Origin: Bacteroidales bacterium UBA5287
GTDB taxonomy: Bacteria > Bacteroidota > Bacteroidia > Bacteroidales > Dysgonomonadaceae
Assembly (NCBI GenBank): GCA_002411345.1
Contig: DHSL01000025.1
Coordinates: 926 to 64,925, forward strand
Reading direction: 5' to 3'
DNA length: 64,000 nucleotides
The notes under the pieces are model-generated. The model saw nothing but the letters and a program-made list of their open reading frames with translations, was not told the origin of the DNA and ran no database searches. Shown piece by piece: positions 8,754-18,595 of this stretch. Each line of letters begins with the position of its first letter. The stretch's first letter is position 1. A program made the translations under genes and the position numbers.

Positions 8754-10190
8754 ATGAGCAAAATAGGTTTATTTAGTGTAGGTTTGGATACTTATTGGCC
8801 ACAATTCAGTTCTTTGCTTGGTAAATTAAATGGTTATCATGATAAAATAAAGAAAGAAATTGAAAACCATCAGAATATAGAAGTAGTAGATGCCGGAATG
8901 GTCGACAACATCAATAAAGCTAAAATTGCTGCCGATTCTTTTTGTAGTAATAATGTTGAATTAATCTTTTTATTTGTATCAACCTATGCTTTGTCATCAA
9001 CAATTCTGCCTATAGCACAGAAAGTAAAAAAACCTTTTATCATATTAAATCTACAACCTGAAGAAAGAATAGATTATAATAAGTTTAATGCTTTGGAAGA
9101 TTATGCCGAAAAGACAAGTTTATGGTTAGAACATTGTCAAGCCTGCTCAATTCCAGAAATCGCCGGTGTGCTTAACAAGGCTTCAATTAAATATGAAATT
9201 ATTACCGGATTTTTAAATGACAAGAACGTTTGGAATGAAGTTGAAGATTGGCTAGACGCGACCATCGTCTTAAATGCGTTACAAAATAACCGGATGGGTA
9301 TATTAGGAAATTACTATGGAGGGATGTTGGATGTTTATTCTGATTTAACCAAACATAGTATAATATTTGGGACCCATTTCGAAATGATTGAAATGTGCGA
9401 ATTAAAGAAAATCAGAGATAATGTAACAGATGTTGAAATAAAAAATAAAGTAACAGAATTCCAGGAAGTTTTTGATATAGATAAGAAATGTAGTCAATCT
9501 GAGATTGAACGTGCAGCGCTCACATCTGTTGCATTAGATAAATTAGTTGAGAACAATCAATTAAAATCATTAGCTTATTACTATGAAGGTCAAGAGGGAA
9601 ACGATTATGAAAACATTGTAACATCTTTAATTGCAGGTAATACATTACTTACCGGCAAGAATATTCCGGTAGCAGGTGAATGTGAAATTAAAAACGCACA
9701 TGCTATGAAGATATTAAGTGCTTTTGGTGCCGGCGGTTCATTTTCAGAATTCTATCTTATGGATTTTAAAGACGATGTAATATATTTAGGACACGATGGA
9801 CCAGCGCATTTTAAGATTGCTGAAGGTTGCGTTAAGCTTGTTCCATTGCCCATATATCACGGAAAACCCGGAAATGGATTATCTATAGAAATGTCAGTAA
9901 AAAATGGTCCGATAACCCTTCTTTCTGTTGTTGAGGGTAACGACAATATTTTTTTATTAGCAGCAGAGGGCGAATCTGTTGAAGGTCCTACATTGGAAAT
10001 TGGCAACACTAATAGCAGATATGCTTTTAATTGTGGAATCCGTGAATTTATAAATACATGGAGCAAACATGGTCCTTCACATCATTGTGCAGTAGGTATT
10101 GGTCATATTGCTCATAAAATTGAAAAGTTGGCTCATTTACTCAATATTTCTTTTATAAATATCAGTTCAAAAACTAATCAATTACAGTAA
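8754..10190 (+). CDS. L-arabinose/L-fucose isomerase family protein (cytoplasmic)
   Basis: 478 aa with no signal peptide. The blocks AGECEIKNAH, FSEFYLMD, LGHDGPAH and GPSHHCAVGIGH align by eye to the AraA catalytic and metal-site region GEGDWKTAA / SFMEDY / GSHMLE / GAHH. Confidence 0.7.
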   Translation: MSKIGLFSVGLDTYWPQFSSLLGKLNGYHDKIKKEIENHQNIEVVDAGMVDNINKAKIAADSFCSNNVELIFLFVSTYALSSTILPIAQKVKKPFIILNLQPEERIDYNKFNALEDYAEKTSLWLEHCQACSIPEIAGVLNKASIKYEIITGFLNDKNVWNEVEDWLDATIVLNALQNNRMGILGNYYGGMLDVYSDLTKHSIIFGTHFEMIEMCELKKIRDNVTDVEIKNKVTEFQEVFDIDKKCSQSEIERAALTSVALDKLVENNQLKSLAYYYEGQEGNDYENIVTSLIAGNTLLTGKNIPVAGECEIKNAHAMKILSAFGAGGSFSEFYLMDFKDDVIYLGHDGPAHFKIAEGCVKLVPLPIYHGKPGNGLSIEMSVKNGPITLLSVVEGNDNIFLLAAEGESVEGPTLEIGNTNSRYAFNCGIREFINTWSKHGPSHHCAVGIGHIAHKIEKLAHLLNISFINISSKTNQLQ

Positions 10191-10191
10191 A

Positions 10192-12930
10192 ATGCTAAAT
10201 ATCAATACATTTAACTCATCCAAAGGAATATTAATCATATTAATATCCTTCTTATGCAGTTTTACAATGAATGGAAAAGCCATTAGTGTTCAAAATTTGA
10301 CATGTGATTACAAGTCTAATCCTATCCTTGTATCGACCACATCACCTGAATTTGGATGGCAATTTCGTTCGGAACAATCAGATGTTCAACAAACAGCCTA
10401 TGCCATTGAATTATTTTCCATTGAGAAAGGTAAAGAGAAAAAGATTTGGAAATCGGGAAAGATTAAATCTAATTTAAGTCAACAATTAAAATACAACGGG
10501 AAAGCTCCCCTTAATCCAGGTAGACTGTATAAATGGCGTGTGAGAGTATGGAATAACAGAAATCAAAAATCAGCCTGGAGCGAAATGAACTCATTTAGAA
10601 TAGCCCCATCCGACATTGAATCAAATGCACAATGGATTGGTGCAATCGACAAAAAAGATTCAAATATTCCTGAAGGTAGAAATTATCATGGATTATCTGT
10701 CACATCAGAAGCAGGTAAAAAATGGGAAAAAACCGAACCACTTTCCAAAAAAAGTATCTATTTAAGGAAAGACTTTCCAGTTAAAAAAGATGTTGAAGAT
10801 GCGATTATATATATTTCAGGTTTAGGTCATTATGAATTGACGTTGAATGGTGAAAAAATGGGTGATTCAGAATTTGCTCCCATGTGGAGTGATTATGATA
10901 AAACGGTTTATTATAATGCATATGATGTCACAAAAGATCTAACCAAGGATAATACGATTGGAGTTCTGCTTGGAAATGGTTTTTTTAACGAACAAGGGGG
11001 ACGTTATAAAAAGTTGCAAGTGAGCTTTGGTCCACCCACCCTTTTCTTTAAAATGATTATAACCTATAAAGATGGGACTAAACATGAAATTGTTTCCGAT
11101 AAGAATTGGAAGTACGCTTTAAGTCCCATTACATATAATGATATGTATGGCGGAGAAAGTTATGATGCACGATTGGAACAAGATGGCTGGGACAAATCCG
11201 GTTTTGATGATTCCAATTGGAATAAGGTTATTGTTCAAGAGTCACCAAAAGGAAAATTAAGACCTCAAACTGCTGATCCAATAAAAATCATGGAAACATT
11301 TGATGTGAAAAGCAGTAAGAAAGTAGGTAATTCTTATGTTTTTGACATGGGACAAAATTTATCTGGTTTTCCAAAGATAAAAGTGAAAGGTAAAAAAGGA
11401 GATATTATTAAATTAACTGTTGGGGAAAATATAAATAATGATGGTTCTGTTAATCAATCGCAATCAGGTGCTCCTTATTATTATGAATACACACTGAAAG
11501 GTGGTGAAGAAGAGATATGGCATCCCCGCTTTTCTTATTATGGATATCGATATATTCAAGTTGATGGGGCAAAACCTGAAGTAAATAATGACAATAGAAA
11601 TATTCCACTATTATTGAATCTAAAATCCTGTTTTGTATATAATTCAGTTCCTCAAACAGGTTCTTTCTATTGCTCAAATGAGATTTTTAATGATGCACAC
11701 AGGATAATTATTAATGCAATAAAAAGTAACATGCAGTCCGTTTTCACAGATTGTCCCCACAGAGAAAAACTTGGGTGGCTTGAAGAAGTTCATTTAAATG
11801 GTCCGGGATTATTATATAATTTCAATTTAACAAGTTTTGCTCCAAAAATCATGCAAGACATTCGTGATGCTCAACTCTCAAATGGACTTGTTCCGGACAT
11901 TGCTCCTGAATATGTGATTTTCGATGGTGGATTTAGAGATTCTCCTGAATGGGCAAGTACAGCAGTTATCTTTCCTTTCATGTATTATGAATTTTATGGA
12001 GACAATTCACTGATTGTTGAATATTATGACGTAATGAAGAAATATGTCGATTATCTTTCTTCAACTGCCACGAACCACATTGTTTCGCATGGACTTGGCG
12101 ACTGGTACGATTATAATGTAAACTTTCCCGCCGGTACTTCAAGAAATACTCCTATTCCTTTATCTGCCACAATGCATTATTACATGGATATTGATTATCT
12201 GGTTCAGGCGGCAGAAATGTTGAAAAAAGATGAGGATATTTCTTTTTATCGTGATCTTAGAGAAAAAGTTAAAGCAGCATATAACAAGGAGTTTTTTAAT
12301 AAAGACACCAAGCAATATGGTACCGGCAGTCAAGCCTCAAACGCCATGTCTCTGTTTATAAATGTTGTACCTCAAGAATACAAACAAGATGTGTTGAATA
12401 ATCTCATTGAAGATATCAAGAATCATGGTTATAAATTGACCACTGGTGACGTCGGGAATAGATATTTATATCAGGTTTTATCTGAAAACGGCCTTGATGA
12501 GATCATGTACAAAATGCATAATCATAAAGAAGTACCAGGTTATGGATTTCAAATTCAGTTTGGCGCTACTACACTTACAGAGCAGTGGGATCCCCGAAAT
12601 GGAAATTCATGGAATCATTTTATGATGGGTCAAATTGAGGAATGGTTTTATAAATCTCTTGCAGGAATAAATGTAGACGACACTTCAAATATTGGTTTTC
12701 AGAACATTGTAATAGCACCAAAACCTGTTGGCGACCTGAAGTTTGTTGAAGCTCATTATAATTCTTTGTATGGAAAAATTAATGTTGATTGGAAAATAGA
12801 AAATGAGAAATTTACGATGAATATTTCCATACCTGAAAACTGTAAAGCAAAAGTATATTTGCCAGGTGAAGAGTTGTTTAAAGAAGTTGGTAGTGGAGCC
12901 TATTCTTTCTCGAAAAATATAAATAGATAA
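10192..12930 (+). CDS. GH78 alpha-L-rhamnosidase, paralog 1
   Basis: 912 aa with a signal peptide. N-terminal signature NLTCDYKSNPILVSTTSPEFGWQF, YKWRVRVWN, catalytic-domain motif FTDCPHREKLGWLEE. Confidence 0.85.
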   Translation: MLNINTFNSSKGILIILISFLCSFTMNGKAISVQNLTCDYKSNPILVSTTSPEFGWQFRSEQSDVQQTAYAIELFSIEKGKEKKIWKSGKIKSNLSQQLKYNGKAPLNPGRLYKWRVRVWNNRNQKSAWSEMNSFRIAPSDIESNAQWIGAIDKKDSNIPEGRNYHGLSVTSEAGKKWEKTEPLSKKSIYLRKDFPVKKDVEDAIIYISGLGHYELTLNGEKMGDSEFAPMWSDYDKTVYYNAYDVTKDLTKDNTIGVLLGNGFFNEQGGRYKKLQVSFGPPTLFFKMIITYKDGTKHEIVSDKNWKYALSPITYNDMYGGESYDARLEQDGWDKSGFDDSNWNKVIVQESPKGKLRPQTADPIKIMETFDVKSSKKVGNSYVFDMGQNLSGFPKIKVKGKKGDIIKLTVGENINNDGSVNQSQSGAPYYYEYTLKGGEEEIWHPRFSYYGYRYIQVDGAKPEVNNDNRNIPLLLNLKSCFVYNSVPQTGSFYCSNEIFNDAHRIIINAIKSNMQSVFTDCPHREKLGWLEEVHLNGPGLLYNFNLTSFAPKIMQDIRDAQLSNGLVPDIAPEYVIFDGGFRDSPEWASTAVIFPFMYYEFYGDNSLIVEYYDVMKKYVDYLSSTATNHIVSHGLGDWYDYNVNFPAGTSRNTPIPLSATMHYYMDIDYLVQAAEMLKKDEDISFYRDLREKVKAAYNKEFFNKDTKQYGTGSQASNAMSLFINVVPQEYKQDVLNNLIEDIKNHGYKLTTGDVGNRYLYQVLSENGLDEIMYKMHNHKEVPGYGFQIQFGATTLTEQWDPRNGNSWNHFMMGQIEEWFYKSLAGINVDDTSNIGFQNIVIAPKPVGDLKFVEAHYNSLYGKINVDWKIENEKFTMNISIPENCKAKVYLPGEELFKEVGSGAYSFSKNINR

Positions 12931-12934
12931 ATAT

Positions 12935-13849
12935 ATGATTATAAGAATCAAGTATATAATTCTTTTAGTCTTCTGTATATATAATTTCCTGCTTTTTGGT
13001 CAGGAAACCAAAACGACTATAAAAGAGGTTTATCTATATAATAAGATAAAAGAACAATTTAAAGAGGAGCATACTCAAGATCCTACTTTTGGGCTTTTAG
13101 TCAGACGGGTAACAAATCCCTCTTTCACAGCATTTATTCCTGATAATAACAATTTTAAAAGTGCGGTAATTATTTGTCCCGGTGGAGGTTACCACACTCA
13201 ACTCATGGATCGGGAAGGATTTAATGTTGCAAAAGAATTCAATAAACTTGGAATTGCAGCATTTGTCCTTAAATATCGGCTTCCGAATGACATACTTACA
13301 GACGAAAAACCTTTTGCACCATTGAAGGATGCTCAACAGACCATTTATTTGATTAGAAAAAATGCAAAACAATGGGGTATTGATCCGGATAAAATTGGGA
13401 TTATGGGATTTTCGGCAGGAGGTCACTTGGCTGCTTCGTTAGGTGTTCATTATGATTCCATTCTAATAGAAAACAACCAAAAAATAAATTTGAGACCTGA
13501 TTTTATGATCTTAATCAATCCGGTTATCAGTTTTTCTGATAGTATTGGTCATTCCGGTTCAAGAGACAACCTACTTGGTCAATCTCCAAATATGGAGAAA
13601 GTAACATTCTTTTCAAATGAATTGCATGTCAATAAAGATTCGCCAAAAAGTTTTCTGATACACACAAATGACGACAGTGTTGTAGATGTCAAAAACAGTT
13701 TAAATTTTTACGAACAACTAAAAGTCAATAATGTACCCGTTGAATTACATATTTATTCACGTGGAAATCATGGGTTTATTCAAATACCCGAATTTGAAGA
13801 ATGGTTTAACAGGTGTGTTCATTGGATGAAGATTGAGAAAATAATTTAA
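12935..13849 (+). CDS. secreted alpha/beta-hydrolase esterase (candidate carbohydrate/acetyl esterase)
   Basis: 304 aa with signal peptide MIIRIKYIILLVFCIYNFLLFGQ. Oxyanion-type box ICPGGGY, nucleophile elbow GFSAGGHLA, C-terminal NDDSVV and GNHGF (Asp/His candidates). Confidence 0.75.
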   Translation: MIIRIKYIILLVFCIYNFLLFGQETKTTIKEVYLYNKIKEQFKEEHTQDPTFGLLVRRVTNPSFTAFIPDNNNFKSAVIICPGGGYHTQLMDREGFNVAKEFNKLGIAAFVLKYRLPNDILTDEKPFAPLKDAQQTIYLIRKNAKQWGIDPDKIGIMGFSAGGHLAASLGVHYDSILIENNQKINLRPDFMILINPVISFSDSIGHSGSRDNLLGQSPNMEKVTFFSNELHVNKDSPKSFLIHTNDDSVVDVKNSLNFYEQLKVNNVPVELHIYSRGNHGFIQIPEFEEWFNRCVHWMKIEKII

Positions 13850-13868
13850 AAACAACATTAACTTTAAA

Positions 13869-15746
13869 ATGAATAGAATAAAAACCTTATTGCTTTTTCT
13901 GATAATTTGTCAGTTTATTGCAGCACAACAAGAAAAAGTGTTTTCTAATGTACACGACAAGCTTTTACCAGCTCATTCAGCGATAATAAACGGGCATATC
14001 GGCAACAAGCTGAATGCCTCATATAATAATAGAATATTGGCACAAGATGTAGATGTACTTATTCATCCTTTTACGATTAGAGATGAGCACAGTTGCTGGC
14101 AAGGTGAGTTTTGGGGAAAATGGTTTACTTCTGCAGTATTAGCGTACAAGTATAAACCCACGACTGAATTGCTTGAAGTTTTGAAAAAAGCCGCATACGG
14201 TTTAATAGAAACACAAACTTCCGATGGATATATAGGGAATTATGCACCCGAAAGTCGTTTAAAAGCCTGGGATATATGGGGTCGTAAATATGTGATGTTA
14301 GGATTAATTGCTTTTTATGACATTTCAAAAGATAAAAAAGTGTTGGAAGCAGCTTCTAAAGAAGCAGATTTTCTGATTAAGGAATTGAACGAAAAAGAGG
14401 CTAAAATAATAAAAATGGGTAATCATAGAGGGATGGCAGCTTCTTCAGTTTTGGAACCGATTATTCAACTATATGTAAGAACCGGGAATAAAACATACCT
14501 TGATTTTGCTGAAGAGATTGTCCGCCAGTGGGAATTACCTGAAGGACCTCAACTTATTTCGAAATCAAATATCCCTGTTGGGAAGCGCTTTCCAAAGCCC
14601 AATCCTGAAAATTGGTACGGCTGGGAGCAAGGACAAAAAGCATATGAAATGATGTCATGCTATGAAGGATTGTTAGAATTATATCGATTGACCGGAAAAG
14701 AAGAATACAAAACGGCAGTTGAAAACACATGGCAAAGCATTATTGATTCGGAGATTAATATTGCAGGATCCGGAGCATCAGTAGAGACCTGGTTTTCAGG
14801 GAAAGATTTACAACAATTTCCAATAGAGCATTATCAGGAGACTTGTGTAACCGTTACCTGGTTGAAATTGAATCAGCAACTGTTGCGTCTTACCGGCGAA
14901 ACAAAATATGCAGATGCCATTGAACAAACTTTCTACAACGCATTGCTCGGTTCTATGCGACCCGATGGCTCAGATTGGGCAAAATACACTCCATTATCAG
15001 GTCAAAGACTAAAAGGTTCCGAACAATGTGGCATGGGGTTAAACTGTTGTAATGCAAGCGGTCCGAGAGGATTATTCACTATCCCGCTTACTGCTGTTAT
15101 GCAAAGCAACGAAGGTGCAACCGTAAATTTCTTTATTGATGGAGTATACGAATTAATTACACCTAAAAAAGCTACTATAAACTTGATACAACAAACAAAA
15201 TATCCAGTTGAGGGGAAAGTTGATATTAAATTGGAAATGAAGAAAACCGAAACTATGACATTAGCATTTAGAATTCCATCTTGGTGTAAAAAAGTGTCTG
15301 TTATTGTAAATGGAGAATCAATACAAAATACTATTACAGACGGTTATTTAAAGATTAACAGATTATGGAAAGATAACGATACAATTTCTATTAATTTCGA
15401 TTTAAATGCCAAACTACATCGTATTGGAGATAAAGGAAAATACATAGCAATTACACGTGGTCCGATTGTACTTACGAGAGATGAACGTTTACAAGGTCCA
15501 CATCTTGAAGCCATTCTTACGCCATTGATAAATGATCAGGGAACACTTGAGCTAACACCTGTTAATAATGCAAATCCAGAAATTTGGATGACCTTTTCAG
15601 CACAATTTGTACCAGAGTCATATACTGAATATAGTTCTCAATCCGTAGATATTGAATTATGTGATTATGCTTCAGCCGGGAATTCAATGAATTCATTCCC
15701 ATTCTTTAAAGTCTGGTTACCACAGTTATATAATCCAAGAAATTAA
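13869..15746 (+). CDS. GH127 (DUF1680) family glycoside hydrolase, beta-L-arabinofuranosidase-like
   Basis: 625 aa with signal peptide MNRIKTLLLFLIICQFIAAQ. HYQETCVTVTW (Glu-x-Cys) and GLNCCNASGPRG (Cys-Cys) match the zinc and catalytic cysteine constellation of HypBA1-type GH127. Confidence 0.8.
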   Translation: MNRIKTLLLFLIICQFIAAQQEKVFSNVHDKLLPAHSAIINGHIGNKLNASYNNRILAQDVDVLIHPFTIRDEHSCWQGEFWGKWFTSAVLAYKYKPTTELLEVLKKAAYGLIETQTSDGYIGNYAPESRLKAWDIWGRKYVMLGLIAFYDISKDKKVLEAASKEADFLIKELNEKEAKIIKMGNHRGMAASSVLEPIIQLYVRTGNKTYLDFAEEIVRQWELPEGPQLISKSNIPVGKRFPKPNPENWYGWEQGQKAYEMMSCYEGLLELYRLTGKEEYKTAVENTWQSIIDSEINIAGSGASVETWFSGKDLQQFPIEHYQETCVTVTWLKLNQQLLRLTGETKYADAIEQTFYNALLGSMRPDGSDWAKYTPLSGQRLKGSEQCGMGLNCCNASGPRGLFTIPLTAVMQSNEGATVNFFIDGVYELITPKKATINLIQQTKYPVEGKVDIKLEMKKTETMTLAFRIPSWCKKVSVIVNGESIQNTITDGYLKINRLWKDNDTISINFDLNAKLHRIGDKGKYIAITRGPIVLTRDERLQGPHLEAILTPLINDQGTLELTPVNNANPEIWMTFSAQFVPESYTEYSSQSVDIELCDYASAGNSMNSFPFFKVWLPQLYNPRN

Positions 15747-15766
15747 GAAATAAATAAAAAAGAATT

Positions 15767-18544
15767 ATGAGAATAAAAATCTTTAAGTTGGTATTCGTTT
15801 TTTTAATATTTGCAGCTTCCTATTCCCAAGCTGCAAGTAGTATTACCCCAGTAGATTTAAAGTGCGAATATCTTACTAATCCTGAAGGACTGGATGAATT
15901 ACATCCTCGTTTTAGTTGGACTTTGTCTGCAATGAACGATTCTGATTATGGACAGAAACAAACAAGTTATCGTATATTAGTTAGTCGTTCATTAACCAAA
16001 CTCCAAAAGAATATGGGAGATATGTGGGATACTGGATGGATAACGTCAGACCGCATGCAACTTATTGAATATATGGGGAACCCACTATTATCGGATAAAA
16101 CCTATTATTGGAAAGTATGCGTTAAAGATGAAAAAGGTCAACAATCCGCATGGAGTGATTCTTCGCAATGGAGCACCGGTCTTTTTTCACAATTTGATTG
16201 GTCGGCAAAATGGATTGGCACTTCTCAACTTTTTGATCCTTCTCAAAGAGAATGTAATGTAGAAGACCCTTGGTTACGCAAAACAATTAATATTAATGAG
16301 AGACCAGATAAAGCCACAATGTTTGTAGCTTCTGTAGGTTATCATGAATTATATGTAAACGGAATAAAAATTGGAGACCATGTGCTTGCTCCAGCTGTAA
16401 GCGACCATACCAGACGCGCACGATATATTGCATATGATATTGCTAAGGCACTTAAACCCGGAAAAAATGTAATTTCAATATGGTTGGGAGCCTCATGGTC
16501 TATTTATGCACCATATATAACACCTGACAAACCGCGTACCCCTATTGTAATTGCACAAGCAGATGTTTACAACAGTAAAGGCAAGAAAATCAGCAGGATT
16601 ATAACAGATAATTCTTGGAAAACCCATTCAAGTCCAAATAAACTATTAGGAACTTGGGAGTTTGGAAATTATGGAGGTGAAATCTATGATGGAAATAAAG
16701 AAATAGAAGGCTGGAATACAATCGGATTTGATGATTCATCATGGGATCAGGCCATTGAATATGCTCCGAAACTCACTTTATCAGCACAAAAGATGGAAAC
16801 AAACAAATTGTTTGAAGAAATCAATCCCGTAAGTATTGAAGAGCGTGCAGACGGTACCTATAGGGTGGATATGGGTGTAAACTTTGCTGGTTGGACCCAA
16901 ATTAATGTATCCGGTGAACCAGGAACATTAATCGATTTTCTCTATTCAGAACGAGAACAAGATGAAATGACGTTCAGAAATCATAGTGCATATATAATTG
17001 GTCCTTCCGGAAAAGGTACATTCCATCATCGTTTTAATTATGCATCCGGCAGATGGATTACAATAAAAGGGATGAAAACAAAACCCCAGCTTTCGGATAT
17101 TAAAGGATGGCAAGTTCGTACTGCTTTTGAATCTGCCTCAACATTTGAGAGTTCCGATCCCTTGCAAAACTGGATTTATGACCGAGTAAATTGGACATTC
17201 CGAAATCTATCGATTGGAGGTTATATTGTAGATTGTCCTCAGCGTGAACGATTTGGTTATGGCGGAGATGCCCATGCTACCAGCGAAACAGGAATGTTTA
17301 ATTATAAGATGGGGTCATTCTATACAAAATGGTTAGAAGACTGGCGTGATGTTCAGGGCACTGAACCGATGGTAGGAGATATGAATAATCCCGAATGGGC
17401 ACACAAACAAGTAAACAGTGGTCGCTTTTTTAATAATGGAGTGTTGCCACAATCGGCACCCACATATCATGGAGGCGGAGGTCCAGCTTGGGGTGGTATT
17501 GTAATTACTTTACCATGGCTTCTTTATCAGCATGAGGGAGACACACGCGTACTTGAGACAAATTTTGAGATGATTAAAGGATGGCTTGCATTTCTCCAAT
17601 CAAATACCGAAAATGACATGTTAAAGAGATATGGCGGAGGTTGGGATTTTCTTGGGGACTGGCTTTGGCCAAATGCAACTGCCGAAGGTATGAACAATAA
17701 TAAACCTGAAACTCTATGTTTAAATAACTGCTATTGGGTTTACAACCTACGTACCGGAGCTAAGATAGCCAGAATAATTGGACGAACAAAAGAAGCAGAA
17801 GAATGGGAAAAGCAAGCAGATATTTCAAGCAAGGTTATTCATGCAAAATTTTATAATCCAGAAGATCAAAGTTATGCCGACAAATCGATGGCAAACTTAG
17901 CTGCAGCATTATATGGAAATGTAGTACCGCCTGAATTGCATCAGACCGTAATGGATAGGCTTGAAAAAGAGATACTTATAAACAACAAAGGTCATATTGA
18001 TGTAGGAATTACCGGAGGCGCAATGCTCTTTAAAGTATTACGTGAAGAAGGTAGAGATGATTTAATCTATTCAATGACATCACAAACCACTTATCCCAGT
18101 TGGGGTTTCATGCGAGAAAACGATGCTACCACCATTTGGGAAATGTGGGAGAAAGATCTTCCGGGACATTCATTACTACATAGTTCATATCTATATCCAG
18201 CAGCATGGTACATTGATGGAGTGTCAGGTATCAGAAGAGCTGAATCAAAACCAGGATTTCAGGAATTTATCATTAGAGTACCTAAGCTCAATGAATCGCA
18301 ATTAAAATGGGCAAAGGCCTCATTTGATTCTCCGGCAGGTATGATCCAATCTGAATGGAAACGTGAAAACGGAAGTACGACACTCAACATTTCAATTCCT
18401 CCTAATTGCAAATCAACCGTTTATTTTCCGGACGAAATGGGAAGAGAAATTAAAGAATCGACCGGTATTGCCAAGATTGTTGGAAAAAAAGATGGATATA
18501 TTCTTTTTGAAGCACCTTCCGGGAAGTACCATTTCTCAAACTAA
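15767..18544 (+). CDS. GH78 alpha-L-rhamnosidase, paralog 2
   Basis: 925 aa with a signal peptide. VDLKCEYLTNPEGLDELHPRFSWTL, YYWKVCV, IVDCPQRERFGYGGDAH. Confidence 0.85.
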   Translation: MRIKIFKLVFVFLIFAASYSQAASSITPVDLKCEYLTNPEGLDELHPRFSWTLSAMNDSDYGQKQTSYRILVSRSLTKLQKNMGDMWDTGWITSDRMQLIEYMGNPLLSDKTYYWKVCVKDEKGQQSAWSDSSQWSTGLFSQFDWSAKWIGTSQLFDPSQRECNVEDPWLRKTININERPDKATMFVASVGYHELYVNGIKIGDHVLAPAVSDHTRRARYIAYDIAKALKPGKNVISIWLGASWSIYAPYITPDKPRTPIVIAQADVYNSKGKKISRIITDNSWKTHSSPNKLLGTWEFGNYGGEIYDGNKEIEGWNTIGFDDSSWDQAIEYAPKLTLSAQKMETNKLFEEINPVSIEERADGTYRVDMGVNFAGWTQINVSGEPGTLIDFLYSEREQDEMTFRNHSAYIIGPSGKGTFHHRFNYASGRWITIKGMKTKPQLSDIKGWQVRTAFESASTFESSDPLQNWIYDRVNWTFRNLSIGGYIVDCPQRERFGYGGDAHATSETGMFNYKMGSFYTKWLEDWRDVQGTEPMVGDMNNPEWAHKQVNSGRFFNNGVLPQSAPTYHGGGGPAWGGIVITLPWLLYQHEGDTRVLETNFEMIKGWLAFLQSNTENDMLKRYGGGWDFLGDWLWPNATAEGMNNNKPETLCLNNCYWVYNLRTGAKIARIIGRTKEAEEWEKQADISSKVIHAKFYNPEDQSYADKSMANLAAALYGNVVPPELHQTVMDRLEKEILINNKGHIDVGITGGAMLFKVLREEGRDDLIYSMTSQTTYPSWGFMRENDATTIWEMWEKDLPGHSLLHSSYLYPAAWYIDGVSGIRRAESKPGFQEFIIRVPKLNESQLKWAKASFDSPAGMIQSEWKRENGSTTLNISIPPNCKSTVYFPDEMGREIKESTGIAKIVGKKDGYILFEAPSGKYHFSN

Positions 18545-18595
18545 ATTGAATTAACTATATTTACATTTTAAAAATATCCGATTAACTCTTATAAT

